Notes under the pieces: model-generated
Seen by the model: the letters and a program-made list of their open reading frames with translations, nothing else
What the model was told of the DNA's origin: nothing
Database searches by the model: none
Part shown: positions 18,280 through 28,267 of the stretch, piece after piece
Position numbering within the stretch: the first letter of the stretch is position 1
Layout of the letters: every line of letters starts with the position of its first letter
Source: Patescibacteria group bacterium
GTDB taxonomy: Bacteria > Patescibacteriota > Microgenomatia > Levybacterales > UBA12049
Assembly: GCA_038063415.1 (NCBI GenBank)
Contig: JBBTVD010000009.1
Coordinates: 15,430 to 79,429, forward strand
Direction: 5' to 3'
Length of the DNA: 64,000 nt
Position numbers and translations under genes: made by a program

Positions 18280-18963
18280 ATGGAGTTTGCGATTTTTTTT
18301 CTTCTAATCATTATTTATCTGTATGTATTATACAAATTGGTAAAAGATGACTATGTTTTTATTCGAAAAAATATCTCGATCGAACAGATTTTTGATCTTG
18401 CATTCTTAGCACTTATTGGGGGTACTTTTTTTTCTCGTTTATTTTATTTTCTTTTTTCCCCGCTCAAAACAGGGAATGTGTTTTTTGCAACCTTCTCTCC
18501 CGGAATAGGAGGATTTTCTCTGATAGGCGGCGTTTTGGGTGGACTCTTGACGCTTCTTGTCGTGATACGACTCAAAAAAGCTCCTCTAGGTAGGCTTCTT
18601 GATTTTTTTACGTTAGCGTTGCTCTGTATTTTGCCCATTGGATTTTTGGCGTATTCATTTTTGCAAAAACAACCTGAGCTATATCTTTTTTTATTGTATG
18701 CTGTACTTTATTTTGTACTTGCTCTTTTTTACTTCAAATCACTTTATCCCAAAATACTAAGCAAAACACAAAAAGAAGGTAATAGTACGCTGCTTTTTTT
18801 GATCTTTTTCTCATTGGCTTCTCTTTGTACCGCGGTCATTAATCCTATTAAAGGGACCATTACCATCTTAAGTATAGAGAATCTCGTTCTTTTTGTTAGT
18901 TTTCTGATAAGTATCTCGCTTCTTATACAACAAGAGAAAACGACGAAGAGCAAAAAAAAGTGA
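18280..18963 (+). CDS. Lgt-like membrane protein (C-terminal HPxQLYE motif not seen)
   Basis: SRLFY and GGFSLIGGVLGG...LLDF resemble the Lgt N-terminal half. Confidence 0.6.
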   Translation: MEFAIFFLLIIIYLYVLYKLVKDDYVFIRKNISIEQIFDLAFLALIGGTFFSRLFYFLFSPLKTGNVFFATFSPGIGGFSLIGGVLGGLLTLLVVIRLKKAPLGRLLDFFTLALLCILPIGFLAYSFLQKQPELYLFLLYAVLYFVLALFYFKSLYPKILSKTQKEGNSTLLFLIFFSLASLCTAVINPIKGTITILSIENLVLFVSFLISISLLIQQEKTTKSKKK

Positions 18964-18969
18964 AATTTT

Positions 18970-19749
18970 ATGGAAGAGAAACCAATTCATATAACAGTTC
19001 TCTATGAAGATACTGACATTTTAGTCGTTGATAAACCCGCAGGAATTACGGTAAATCGTGCAGAAACAACCAAGCATGAAACGACAATTCAGGATTGGGC
19101 AGAGGAAAGATTGCATATTAAATATCAAATGCCAAATGTCAAATATGGAGAAGAGGGTTGGACACCAGAGCAAGATTTTTATGTACGAGGTGGTATTGTA
19201 CATAGACTGGATAAAGAGACTTCTGGTGTATTGATTCTCGCCAAAAATGCTCGCGCATTTGTCGAGCTTCAGCGGCAATTTCGAGAAAGGGAAGTAAAGA
19301 AAGTCTATCAAGCCTTTGCGCATGGAAAGATTAATCCAGCCACAGGAACAATTAGTGTTCCCGTTGGAAGACTGCCCTGGAATGGAAAGCAATTTGGTAT
19401 TGTGCCAGGTGGGAAAGAATCTAAAACTGACTATACAGTAGACACCTATTATCAATTTTCTAAAACAAAAGAATTCTTTTCATTTGTTTCTTTATTTCCT
19501 CATTCCGGTAGAACACATCAAATCCGTGTGCATCTAAAATATATTGGACATCCTATTTTTGCTGATTTTTTGTATGCGGGTAGGAAGACCTCAAGAAATG
19601 ATCGAAAGCTTCTCGCTCGAGTTTTTCTTCACGCAGCAGAATTACGGATCATGCATCCAACAACAAAAAAACAAATCCATTTTGTGAGTCCACTGGCAAA
19701 AGAGTTACAAGATCTTCTTGATAAGTTTGTTATAATTGAAAAAGTATGA
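18970..19749 (+). CDS. RluA family pseudouridine synthase
   Basis: VDKPAG, VHRLDKETSG and GRTHQIRVH. Confidence 0.95.
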   Translation: MEEKPIHITVLYEDTDILVVDKPAGITVNRAETTKHETTIQDWAEERLHIKYQMPNVKYGEEGWTPEQDFYVRGGIVHRLDKETSGVLILAKNARAFVELQRQFREREVKKVYQAFAHGKINPATGTISVPVGRLPWNGKQFGIVPGGKESKTDYTVDTYYQFSKTKEFFSFVSLFPHSGRTHQIRVHLKYIGHPIFADFLYAGRKTSRNDRKLLARVFLHAAELRIMHPTTKKQIHFVSPLAKELQDLLDKFVIIEKV

Positions 19750-20552
19750 AAAGCCATGCTGCCTCTGCCACTAGTACTAGCATCAAAACATTTGTTATTT
19801 ATACTGTAGTTGTCATTTTTGTCCTGACCCTCGCTTTGGGTATAAAAGCGTTTGCTGTTTTTCAACAAAATAAATTTGATGGTCAAGAACAATTCACACT
19901 TGGTATTATTGAAGGGCGCTACGTAAAGCAGATTGTAACGTTTTCTCCAGCAGATGAACTGATAACAGTCCTTCCCATAGAAAAAAAAGAAACGAAAGAA
20001 TCTTTTAAAGCCTATAGTATAAAGCCAGATGCATGGATAACTCTCTCAGGTAGCAGTATTCCCAAAGATATCGGGCAGGTACTAACCGGTTCACTGTGGG
20101 ATATGCGTCATACAAAAACAGAATTAACTATATTTGATATTGGGCGATTATGGCTCATTACAAAGCGGGTGCCCGAAGGCAACAAAATCGCATTATCGCT
20201 TACCGCAGATATGTCAGAGGTAGAACGTGAGAAGCTAATTAAAAAAGCATTGACCGATACTACAATTATTAAAGAACAGGTAACGATACAGATTATTAAT
20301 GCGAGTGGTATTCCCGGGTTGGGGGGGAAAATAGAATCTGTACTTGAAAATATTGGTGGCAATGTAGTCTCGGTAACCACAGGTCATGCGCTACGCGAAC
20401 ATTCAAACATTAAGTACTATGGAGAGGATACATATACCTTGGAGCGTTTACAGCAACTCCTAGGCTTTCCTATGGCACCCTTACAACAGGAAACCATTGC
20501 ACAGATCGTTATTACCTTAGGAAAGGATGCCAAAAAGACCGAATTGTTCTGA
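19746..20552 (+). CDS. Membrane protein with a LytR C-terminal domain
   Basis: N-terminal TM helix; IQIINASGIPGLG...IVITLGKD. Confidence 0.8.
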   Translation: MKSHAASATSTSIKTFVIYTVVVIFVLTLALGIKAFAVFQQNKFDGQEQFTLGIIEGRYVKQIVTFSPADELITVLPIEKKETKESFKAYSIKPDAWITLSGSSIPKDIGQVLTGSLWDMRHTKTELTIFDIGRLWLITKRVPEGNKIALSLTADMSEVEREKLIKKALTDTTIIKEQVTIQIINASGIPGLGGKIESVLENIGGNVVSVTTGHALREHSNIKYYGEDTYTLERLQQLLGFPMAPLQQETIAQIVITLGKDAKKTELF

Positions 20553-20556
20553 CCGT

Positions 20557-20697
20557 ATGTTTATCCTTAGCATTGTTATTATCTTTCTTCTTTCTTTTCT
20601 CCTTGCCGTATCGTCACTTTGGAGGCAGAATAAACTTGAAGAGATAAAGAAAGTGCGAAAGTCCCTCAAAAAACAGAAGGTTATTTATCAACGCTGA
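20557..20697 (+). CDS. 46-aa small membrane protein (MFILSIVIIFLLSFLLAVSSLWRQNKLEEIKKVRKSLKKQKVIYQR)
   Basis: TM helix plus basic tail; starts 4 nt after the previous stop; absent from the ORF track. Confidence 0.65.
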   Translation: MFILSIVIIFLLSFLLAVSSLWRQNKLEEIKKVRKSLKKQKVIYQR

Positions 20698-20718
20698 TTA
20701 TTTTCTTTATCTTATTTA

Positions 20719-20806
20719 TGTCATTCCTGCGAAAGCAGGAATCTAGAAATGCCATACTAAATTCATCTCAGGGATATCTGGATTCCCGATCGGGTCGGGA
20801 ATGACA
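20719..20806. repeat. Palindromic element (GTCATTCCTGCGAAAGCAGGAATC...GATTCCCGATCGGGTCGGGAATGAC)
   Basis: Between convergent genes; near-match to 4016-4078. Confidence 0.85.
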
Positions 20807-20813
20807 GGGATAG

Positions 20814-21446
20814 TTACTTACTTTTACTAAGGGATAGTTTCTGTTTAGCATCATTGGCAAGAAAAGATGATTGGTCATGAAATTTTTTTGCTCGTTTTAT
20901 CTCTCTGACAAAAATACAGAGCTTATTTTTGTCAGCGGTTCGTACATACGCATCATAGTCGTTACCACCAGTCATAAATTTGATTAATCGTTGACCACTA
21001 TCATCAGGGAGCATCCCCAAAAATTGTTTTTCACTATCAAGAGCAAATATTTTATTTCTTTTAATGCAGAGTTCTAACTTTTCTCCCGCGCGTAAATGTG
21101 CAACAATTTTTTTATCGGCAATATTTACTAATTCAAAAATTTTGGTTTTTCCGGGCTCTTCAAGAAAAAGATTGTTCAAAGGAACAAATGCTTTTTTTGT
21201 ATTATTTGTGGTAAGTCGCTTAATATTTCGAAGGGCAATTGGGTTTTTGGCATCAAGGGAAAGCACTTTTTCATAGGATGCTTTTGCCTGGGCGATATTT
21301 CCGATACTTCCAAAAGCAAATGCGATTCTATTTAAGGTATCTATATCGTTAGGTTCTGTTTCAAGAATCCGTTGATTTAGTCCTATAGCATTTTCCCAGT
21401 CTCCCTGTAGTGCCGTTTGAATAGCTTGAGATTTAAGTGATACCAT
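20814..21446 (-). CDS. TPR-containing protein
   Basis: N-terminal TPR pattern; C-terminal FLEEPGKTK domain. Confidence 0.8.
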   Translation of the reverse strand: MVSLKSQAIQTALQGDWENAIGLNQRILETEPNDIDTLNRIAFAFGSIGNIAQAKASYEKVLSLDAKNPIALRNIKRLTTNNTKKAFVPLNNLFLEEPGKTKIFELVNIADKKIVAHLRAGEKLELCIKRNKIFALDSEKQFLGMLPDDSGQRLIKFMTGGNDYDAYVRTADKNKLCIFVREIKRAKKFHDQSSFLANDAKQKLSLSKSK

Positions 21447-21517
21447 GTATTTTGGATTGAAAAAATTCTACTAGTATTTATTGCAAAAGTCAAGGCAGAA
21501 GAGGTATAATGATCGTT

Positions 21518-22264
21518 ATGAGTGGTCATTCTAAGTGGGCGACAATTAAACGAGCAAAAGGTGCCAATGATGCCAAAAGAGGGCAATTATTCACAAAGCT
21601 CTCAAAAGCAATTACCATCGCTGTTAGACAGGGTGGAGGAGTTACCGATCCTGCAGCAAACTTCAGGCTTCGTTTGGCGGCTGAATCTGCTCGGGCAGCC
21701 AATATGCCCAAAGAAAACATTGAACGGGCAATTGCACGAGCAGGGGCTAAAGATGGTAGCTTTCTTGAAGAAGGGGTATACGAAGGATTTGGTCCAGGGG
21801 GCTTTAGTGTCATTGTTGAAGCATTAACAGATAATAAGCAAAGAACAACTCCTGAGGTTAAAAATATTTTTGATAAAGGTGGGGGGAGTCTTGGCGCACA
21901 GGGAAGTGTCGCATATCAATTTGAAAAGAAAGGGGTTATTACTGTTGCTAAAGAAGGGAAGAGTGTTGACGATATTTTCTTAATTGCAGCGGATAATGAA
22001 GCAGAAGATATCGAAGACGCAGGGGATGAAGTACTTATTTTTACCAATCCTGAAGCACTTGGTAAAGTACGAGATGCTTTAAGTACGAATGGGTTAACTA
22101 TCAAAGGAGCAGAACTCACATTTAGGCCTGTAGTAGTTTTTTCTATTATTGATAAGGCAACTGCTGATAAAGCATTGGCTTTCTTGGACAAACTTGAATC
22201 ACATGATGATGTACAGAAAGTCTATGCAAATTTTGATATCCCAGACGAGCTAATGACAGACTAG
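21518..22264 (+). CDS. yebC: YebC/PmpR family protein
   Basis: MSGHSKWATIKRAK, YEGFGPGG, TDNKQRT and DDVQKVYAN. Confidence 0.97.
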   Translation: MSGHSKWATIKRAKGANDAKRGQLFTKLSKAITIAVRQGGGVTDPAANFRLRLAAESARAANMPKENIERAIARAGAKDGSFLEEGVYEGFGPGGFSVIVEALTDNKQRTTPEVKNIFDKGGGSLGAQGSVAYQFEKKGVITVAKEGKSVDDIFLIAADNEAEDIEDAGDEVLIFTNPEALGKVRDALSTNGLTIKGAELTFRPVVVFSIIDKATADKALAFLDKLESHDDVQKVYANFDIPDELMTD

Positions 22265-22271
22265 GCACATC

Positions 22272-23099
22272 ATGAGTACCAAAGAAAAACGCAAACGATT
22301 TTTCCACTTCTCAAAACCTGCTTTTTTTTCAATCGATAAAAGGCAAAAATTTGTTGTCGGGACAGCATTATTATCACTTGGACTTTTTTTCACGGAGTAC
22401 CAACTAAGTATTTCGGGAATTATTGCAGCGTTACTTTTGGCCTTTTTTACCAATATCATTTTATTCTGGGCGATACATAACGACATTCAGGATAAAAAGA
22501 ATTATGAAGTTTTTATTTTGCCATTGTTTTACAGTCTTGCTTTTGGTCTTTTTTACTTTCTGACTCCTGCGGCTTTTTTCTCCAGACTTATTTTGACGGT
22601 AATTTATGCTTTTGGTTTGTACTCGTTATTTTTAAGCCAGAATATTCTGATTGTTTCTTCAAGTAGGACAATTGCGCTGTTATCAGGATCACGAATTGTT
22701 TCCTTTGTGGTAACGCTTGTATCATACTTTTTACTAACCAATACAATTTTTACTTTTCATATTACGATCTTTCCCGTAATTCTTATTTTACTTACCTATA
22801 CCTATCTTTTGGTCTACCACTCTCTCTGGACATATACACTCCAAAAGAATAGTCAACCATTATCGTTGTGGGCATCTTCGGTAACAGTCTGCCTTGTAGA
22901 GGTGGCAACTATTTTATGGTTTTGGCCAAGTAATCCGACAGTTATTTCACTTTTTCTCACAGGCTTTTTTTATGCCATTTTAGGTTTATCTCATATTTGG
23001 TTTGAAAGACGACTTTTTAAGGGAATATTGTGGGAGTATGTCTGGGTAGGTTGTGTCGTATTTTTTGTATTGATGATATTCACTCCATGGGGGAAATAA
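22272..23099 (+). CDS. Polytopic membrane protein, hypothetical
   Basis: Many hydrophobic helices; no catalytic motif. Confidence 0.75.
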   Translation: MSTKEKRKRFFHFSKPAFFSIDKRQKFVVGTALLSLGLFFTEYQLSISGIIAALLLAFFTNIILFWAIHNDIQDKKNYEVFILPLFYSLAFGLFYFLTPAAFFSRLILTVIYAFGLYSLFLSQNILIVSSSRTIALLSGSRIVSFVVTLVSYFLLTNTIFTFHITIFPVILILLTYTYLLVYHSLWTYTLQKNSQPLSLWASSVTVCLVEVATILWFWPSNPTVISLFLTGFFYAILGLSHIWFERRLFKGILWEYVWVGCVVFFVLMIFTPWGK

Positions 23100-23548
23100 A
23101 TTATTTTGTTGCAAGACAGGGAAGAGGGGAAAAAGAAATAAATCTAAAGAGAAGAGAATAAACCCTATAGTTAATGATGTGATTTGATATAGTTAAGTAG
23201 AACTTTTCACGAGATAAAAAAGTCACTTTTCACAGAATAGTAAATAAATCTTCGTGGGAATATTTTGATTAGCAGTAAATGCAAGTAGTTGCTTTCTACT
23301 GCTGAATTTTGTTTTCAGAAAGTAAGAAGATATTCGTTATGAGAGTCTCTCAATAAATAAAGAGGTATCTGTAGTCGTCTCATGAGTCTTTCGTTCGTTC
23401 TAGGGGCTTCTAGCGCTATGTTAAATATCCATACAAAAGACGATTGAAGAAGCGTCTATGAGAGGGAGTTTCTTTGTAGTCAAAAATGTACCCCCTCCTC
23501 CTCGGAAGGCTTTTTTATGGGGGAATGGGGGAAAACCCTGGCCAGCCC

Positions 23549-23578
23549 TATGTCGCACAATAATACTTTTGCGACATA
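23549..23578. other. Candidate dif (Xer recombination) site
   Basis: ATGTCGCACAA-TAATAC-TTTTGCGACAT: 11-6-11 inverted repeat in a long intergenic gap about 1.8 kb from the xer gene. Confidence 0.65.
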
Positions 23579-23872
23579 AAGTTTCGTTGACTAAGGGGAG
23601 GGATCTTATTTTTGTGCAGAATACATTTTATTAACTTTCATTAAATTTTTATGAACTTCCAGGCTGGATCTGTGTGTACGTCTATTCTTCAAGTTCAAAT
23701 AGCACAAATTTTGTCCATTTTGGGGACAGTTATGGGATGCGTTTTTATGGTACTTTTCACAGAAAATAAGCTAATTTTGCCTCAAATAAGAAGAAAAAAC
23801 ACTATTTTTATTTCAAAAAAAGGATGTTTAGCCCTCCCCTTCAACCTTTTTTCACCAGGGGAGTTCTTTCTT

Positions 23873-25306
23873 TTAATACAATATCGCTAAGTCATACGGA
23901 GGTTCTCCGTTGGGTTCAGGGGTTGTGTAGATGCCTTCTGGTGACTCAAGTGCGTCCAAAAGCTGAATGTATCTATAAAAAACAGCATTGGTCCAGCCAA
24001 ATCCTTGTTGGTCTTCATATTTTGCATTACTGCCGGAGTGGCCTGTCTCTCCATTTAGTTTCTCAAAGAAGGTTTGATGTTTACGAAAAACGTTGGCATG
24101 GGCTTTAACAGCATTTTGCATAATTCCTTTAGCTTCTTCCATATAGCCGTATTTAAGTAATCCTATGACCGTAAGGTATTCGAGTGGTGACCAGATATTC
24201 GGATAGTCCCATTGTTTTGGCATGATTATTTCTTCAATAGCCGGATGATATCGTTGTTGGATCTTTGACAGATCAATATCATGGGCAAGTGACTCTTTGG
24301 CTCCAATGGTTAGTCCATATGGCGTTACAAACTTATGGAGCTTTTCTACCATTTGTTTTGCTTGATATTTGGTTGCGAGCCCTGCCCACATTGGGACATA
24401 CGAAGCCAGGGAAAAATAATGCCCAATTTTCTTCGCGATATAATTGTAGTCATAAAAGAATGCTTCATTTGGATCCCACATCAGCTTATGCATTTCTTTT
24501 TGACGTTCTCTGGCTTTTTCCTGCCAGTACTCCCCTTCTCTGTCATCTCCAAGTATTTTGGCAGCCAGGGCAAAATCTTTTTCGTATTTATACAAATAAC
24601 TATTGAGATCAATTGGGAAGAACTGATCACAACGGTTGTAAAACCGTGAAGTCATATCCCAACCTGATTCAAGCTCTGAAGAGTGAGCATAGCCAATATC
24701 CCGATCTCCGTAACGAGCCAAAAGAGAATCTTTGACACTGTGGTTATACGCACGAATTTTATCAATCCACACGATTTCATATTCTTTTTTTGCTACTTCC
24801 ATTGCTTTTTTAAGCCAGTTCTTCTTGGTTAAGGTATATAGTTGTCGTCCAATCCCTTTTCGTACATAGTCATTGCTGGAATTCAGTGGTGAAAGATAGG
24901 TGTCAAGGATCATTGAAGAAAAAAATGGAGGCTGAGACCGTCCCATAGATGCAGGGGCGTTAAAGTTAGGAATAATTTGGTACATATGAAAAAGATACAT
25001 AAAGTTCTCTATCATTTCTCGCATGAGCCATTCACGTCGAGTACCCATCAGTCCACGAAACATGAAATAACTATCCCAATAAAAGATATAGGTAAATTTA
25101 TTATCATTCGGGACAAAATAATAATGTGGAAGCTTAATAAAGTTTGGGTTGACATTTACGGTAGTCGTAATTTCTCGTGAGAACTGTAATCTATTGGGAA
25201 TGGTCGCTACTCGATAGCGTAGCTTCATTTTGGAAGGTTTATAAATGATTTTGTTCCAGTAGCTGTCAATGTATGCAAGGCAGTCTGCGTACTCTTTACT
25301 CCACAT
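23873..25306 (-). CDS. Trehalase (GH37)
   Basis: FYWDSYF, RSQPP, ESGWDMTSRF, QWDYPNIW.P and GFGWTN. Confidence 0.92.
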   Translation of the reverse strand: MWSKEYADCLAYIDSYWNKIIYKPSKMKLRYRVATIPNRLQFSREITTTVNVNPNFIKLPHYYFVPNDNKFTYIFYWDSYFMFRGLMGTRREWLMREMIENFMYLFHMYQIIPNFNAPASMGRSQPPFFSSMILDTYLSPLNSSNDYVRKGIGRQLYTLTKKNWLKKAMEVAKKEYEIVWIDKIRAYNHSVKDSLLARYGDRDIGYAHSSELESGWDMTSRFYNRCDQFFPIDLNSYLYKYEKDFALAAKILGDDREGEYWQEKARERQKEMHKLMWDPNEAFFYDYNYIAKKIGHYFSLASYVPMWAGLATKYQAKQMVEKLHKFVTPYGLTIGAKESLAHDIDLSKIQQRYHPAIEEIIMPKQWDYPNIWSPLEYLTVIGLLKYGYMEEAKGIMQNAVKAHANVFRKHQTFFEKLNGETGHSGSNAKYEDQQGFGWTNAVFYRYIQLLDALESPEGIYTTPEPNGEPPYDLAILY

Positions 25307-25417
25307 AAAGTTAGTATAAGATATCTTGGATAAAGTATAAAGCATGAATATTGAAAAAGAACTGAAAGCTGTTGCATCTATGGCATTGTATGTCGTAGAA
25401 TAATGCATGGCTGCCCT

Positions 25418-26356
25418 ATGAAAGATCAAAAGCTTACTGGACTTATCATTGATTTTCTCGAGTACTTAGAAGTCGAAAAAAATTGTAGTAAGTTAACCCT
25501 TCGGGATTATAAGCATTATCTTGATGTCTTTGTGGAGTGGCACTCCTCTTCCCTACCTGGTAAATCAATTGAAAATCTTACCTTGGTTGATGTTCGCAAG
25601 TTCCGTGTTTACCTGGCTGATTTGACTGATAAAAAAGGCCAAACCCGTAAGAAAGTTACCCAAAATTACTATGTCATTGCGCTTCGGTCGTTTCTTCGGT
25701 TTCTCCTCAAAAACGACTATAGGACTTTGGAGCCTTCCAAGATCGATCTGCCTAAGACAGAAAGTCGTAGCCTCAAATTCCTTGAGCGTGAGCAAGTAGA
25801 TCGCTTGGTAACCATGCCTGATACCTCAAAGGAAGAAGGCATTCGTGATCGGGCGATTCTGGAGCTGCTTTTTTCAACAGGGCTTCGTGTCTCTGAATTG
25901 GTAAGCCTGAACCATCAGCAACTTAATCTAGAAAGACGTGAATTTGGGATTATTGGCAAAGGCAGACGTTCCAGAATTGTCTTTATCTCAGATCGAGCTG
26001 CTGAATGGATTCAAAGATATCTTGATGCTCGGATCGATGTCTTTAAGCCGCTTTTTATCCGATACTCAGGCCAAGTGATGGAAGAAGATGAAGGTGAGAA
26101 GATGCGTCTGACAGTACGAAGCATTGAGCGAATTGTAAAAAAATATACGGAGCTTGCTCGGCTTCCTGTGGATGCTACGGTGCATACGCTACGACATAGC
26201 TTCGCGACAGATCTACTTACCAATGGTGCTGATTTACGATCAGTACAGGAAATGCTCGGACACAAGAATATCGCGACAACGCAGATTTATACGCATATCA
26301 CGAACAAACAGCTTAGAGAAGTACACAAGGCTTTTCATAGTGGAAATAAGGAATAA
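25418..26356 (+). CDS. Xer-family tyrosine recombinase (XerC/XerD/XerA-like)
   Basis: TGLRVSEL, GKG, HTLRHSFAT and LGHKNIATTQIYT. Confidence 0.93.
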   Translation: MKDQKLTGLIIDFLEYLEVEKNCSKLTLRDYKHYLDVFVEWHSSSLPGKSIENLTLVDVRKFRVYLADLTDKKGQTRKKVTQNYYVIALRSFLRFLLKNDYRTLEPSKIDLPKTESRSLKFLEREQVDRLVTMPDTSKEEGIRDRAILELLFSTGLRVSELVSLNHQQLNLERREFGIIGKGRRSRIVFISDRAAEWIQRYLDARIDVFKPLFIRYSGQVMEEDEGEKMRLTVRSIERIVKKYTELARLPVDATVHTLRHSFATDLLTNGADLRSVQEMLGHKNIATTQIYTHITNKQLREVHKAFHSGNKE

Positions 26357-26359
26357 GTA

Positions 26360-27015
26360 TTTTGAAAGTATTAATACCTTGGTTTTGGCTCAGAGGGTGT
26401 TTGCAAAAGAAAAACTGCCTCACGATACAATACGAGTAACTTCTCCTGACAACCCAGAGTATGTTCAAACAGCAAATGAAGTAATGCCACTAATAATTCA
26501 TGAGTTCGCAAGTCAAGACTTATATAGTGTAACTCTTTCTGCTGAAAAGTTGGGACGTCGAACTACCGAAGATAATAGAAAAGAGTTTGTAGACAACGTA
26601 GACCGTCTTCATTCCACCTTCGACGAATTAACTAATCTAGTTGAAAATCCTTATGCTTCACAGCCTATGAAATTGTCATTTTTACATAGTAAAATGAAGG
26701 GAGCTATTCCAGCCAAAGATGATGGTCCAGTCATACTCTTTGGTTCCCTTCCAGTACTCTGGGGGAATTCCCGAATGGATGCTACCAAGGGTAAAAGACG
26801 GATTTTATGGAGATCATGAGTACCCTGATGTACAAAGTAACGCTGACTCTACTGGGATTGGTATGGCCGCCAATACGTTCGCTCTTAAAGAGAAGTTTGA
26901 TGCAGAAATTCATGCAGGAAATGTTGAAGATGAGCGACTGTCTCCGCGTCAAGAAGGAGCAATGGTTGTCGTGAAACTTCCTCTTCGTGACACAGAAGAA
27001 TCACAGACTGCATAA
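26360..27015 (+). pseudogene. Frameshifted remnant with a histidine-kinase-like ATPase C-terminus
   Basis: Two overlapping ORFs in different frames; the 3' part has STGIGM...AEIHAGN...EGAMVVVKLP, like the HATPase G2 box; no clean start. Confidence 0.45.
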
Positions 27016-27033
27016 TTTGCTATACTTGAAGAA

Positions 27034-28200
27034 ATGAAACTCCTGTTGAGTATTATTGGGTTCTTTTTTTTAGCACATATTGCCTTGGCCTATGTAGTTC
27101 CAGAATCTATCCTTGCCGCTAATTTCCCCTATAAAAATCTTCTACATGGCTCCTATGAGATTGGTCCTATAACCGCTTTTGCTAATTTTGATGGCTATCA
27201 ATATCTTTCGATCGCCCATATGGGGTATGGTGAGTTTCAACAGAGCTATTTCCCCCTTTTCCCTTTGCTCATTCATAGTGCCGCTCCCCTCTTCAATAAC
27301 CAGTATTTACATGCAGGACTTTTTGTCAGTTGGTTATGTTTGCTTTTCGGGATAATTTACTTTTACAAATTAACCCAAGTCATACTTGTAGAAAAAAAGA
27401 AGAGTTTGTGGGCAGTTGTACTACTCTTATCCTTCCCTACTGCATTCTTTTATTTGATGGTTTATCCTGAAAGTTTCTATCTCTTATTGTCATCAGCTGC
27501 TCTATATTATCTCTATACGAAGCGATACCTCTATTCTTCTGTCTTTGCACTTTTTGCTTCACTTACGAAGGTACAGGGCGTTTTTCTTATACTTCCGTTT
27601 GTTCTTGCAATGGTACAGACGTGGAATTACAGGATTTCTTTTCAGTCCGTGTTAACCTTTCTCAGAAAACACATAGTGCTTCTTTTTGTAGTCCTCTCCC
27701 CTCTCTATGGTCTGCTACTCTACATGGGATATTTATTCATACAGTATGGAGATCCGTTGTATTTCTATCACGCGCAGGCAGAGTTTGGGGCAAATCGTAC
27801 AGTCAACGGGATTGTGCTCTTACCACAGGTTCTCTACCGATACGTCAAAATCTTCTTAACTGCTCAGTTTAATTTCCAATATCTTATTGCTGTGCTTGAG
27901 TTTGTTCTTTTCGTTAGTCTCTTTACTGTCATTGTGTACCAACTTGTTAAAATTTTTCAGAGTAAGAAAAAGAATCTACGATTGCTTGGTATACATGGCT
28001 ATTCATTGGCCGTGTTAATCCTTCCAACCTTGACGGGTACTTTAACCTCTGTGCCTCGATATGCCTTGCTTTGCTTTGGCTTCTTCCTTTTCCTTGCCAA
28101 CCTGCGGTCGGTATGGATTAAGCTAGGGGTTATCGGTGTCTTTTTGATAATACAAGTAGTCTTATTCTTTTATTTCCTCCAGGGGTATTTTGTAAGTTAG
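27034..28200 (+). CDS. GT-C fold glycosyltransferase (PIG-V/mannosyltransferase-like)
   Basis: NFDGYQYLSIA..GY, FPLFPLL, FPTAFF...YPES and S.PRY; multi-TM. Confidence 0.85.
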   Translation: MKLLLSIIGFFFLAHIALAYVVPESILAANFPYKNLLHGSYEIGPITAFANFDGYQYLSIAHMGYGEFQQSYFPLFPLLIHSAAPLFNNQYLHAGLFVSWLCLLFGIIYFYKLTQVILVEKKKSLWAVVLLLSFPTAFFYLMVYPESFYLLLSSAALYYLYTKRYLYSSVFALFASLTKVQGVFLILPFVLAMVQTWNYRISFQSVLTFLRKHIVLLFVVLSPLYGLLLYMGYLFIQYGDPLYFYHAQAEFGANRTVNGIVLLPQVLYRYVKIFLTAQFNFQYLIAVLEFVLFVSLFTVIVYQLVKIFQSKKKNLRLLGIHGYSLAVLILPTLTGTLTSVPRYALLCFGFFLFLANLRSVWIKLGVIGVFLIIQVVLFFYFLQGYFVS

Positions 28201-28219
28201 TTTAGAAATCGCAAGAAAC

Positions 28220-28249
28220 TGGATTCCTGGTTTACCGCCAGGAATGACA
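28220..28249. repeat. Half palindromic element (GGATTCCTGG...CCAGGAATGAC)
   Basis: Single hairpin with the family terminus, between convergent genes. Confidence 0.75.
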
Positions 28250-28267
28250 ATTAGATATTTGTTTGTA

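Noticed and set aside
23100-23872. Replication origin
   Set aside because: There is no cluster of TTATCCACA boxes, no dnaA nearby, and the flanking genes converge rather than diverge.
25418-26356. Integron integrase or prophage integrase
   Set aside because: The protein looks like a housekeeping Xer without the IntI-specific insertion; no cassette array or phage genes are nearby.
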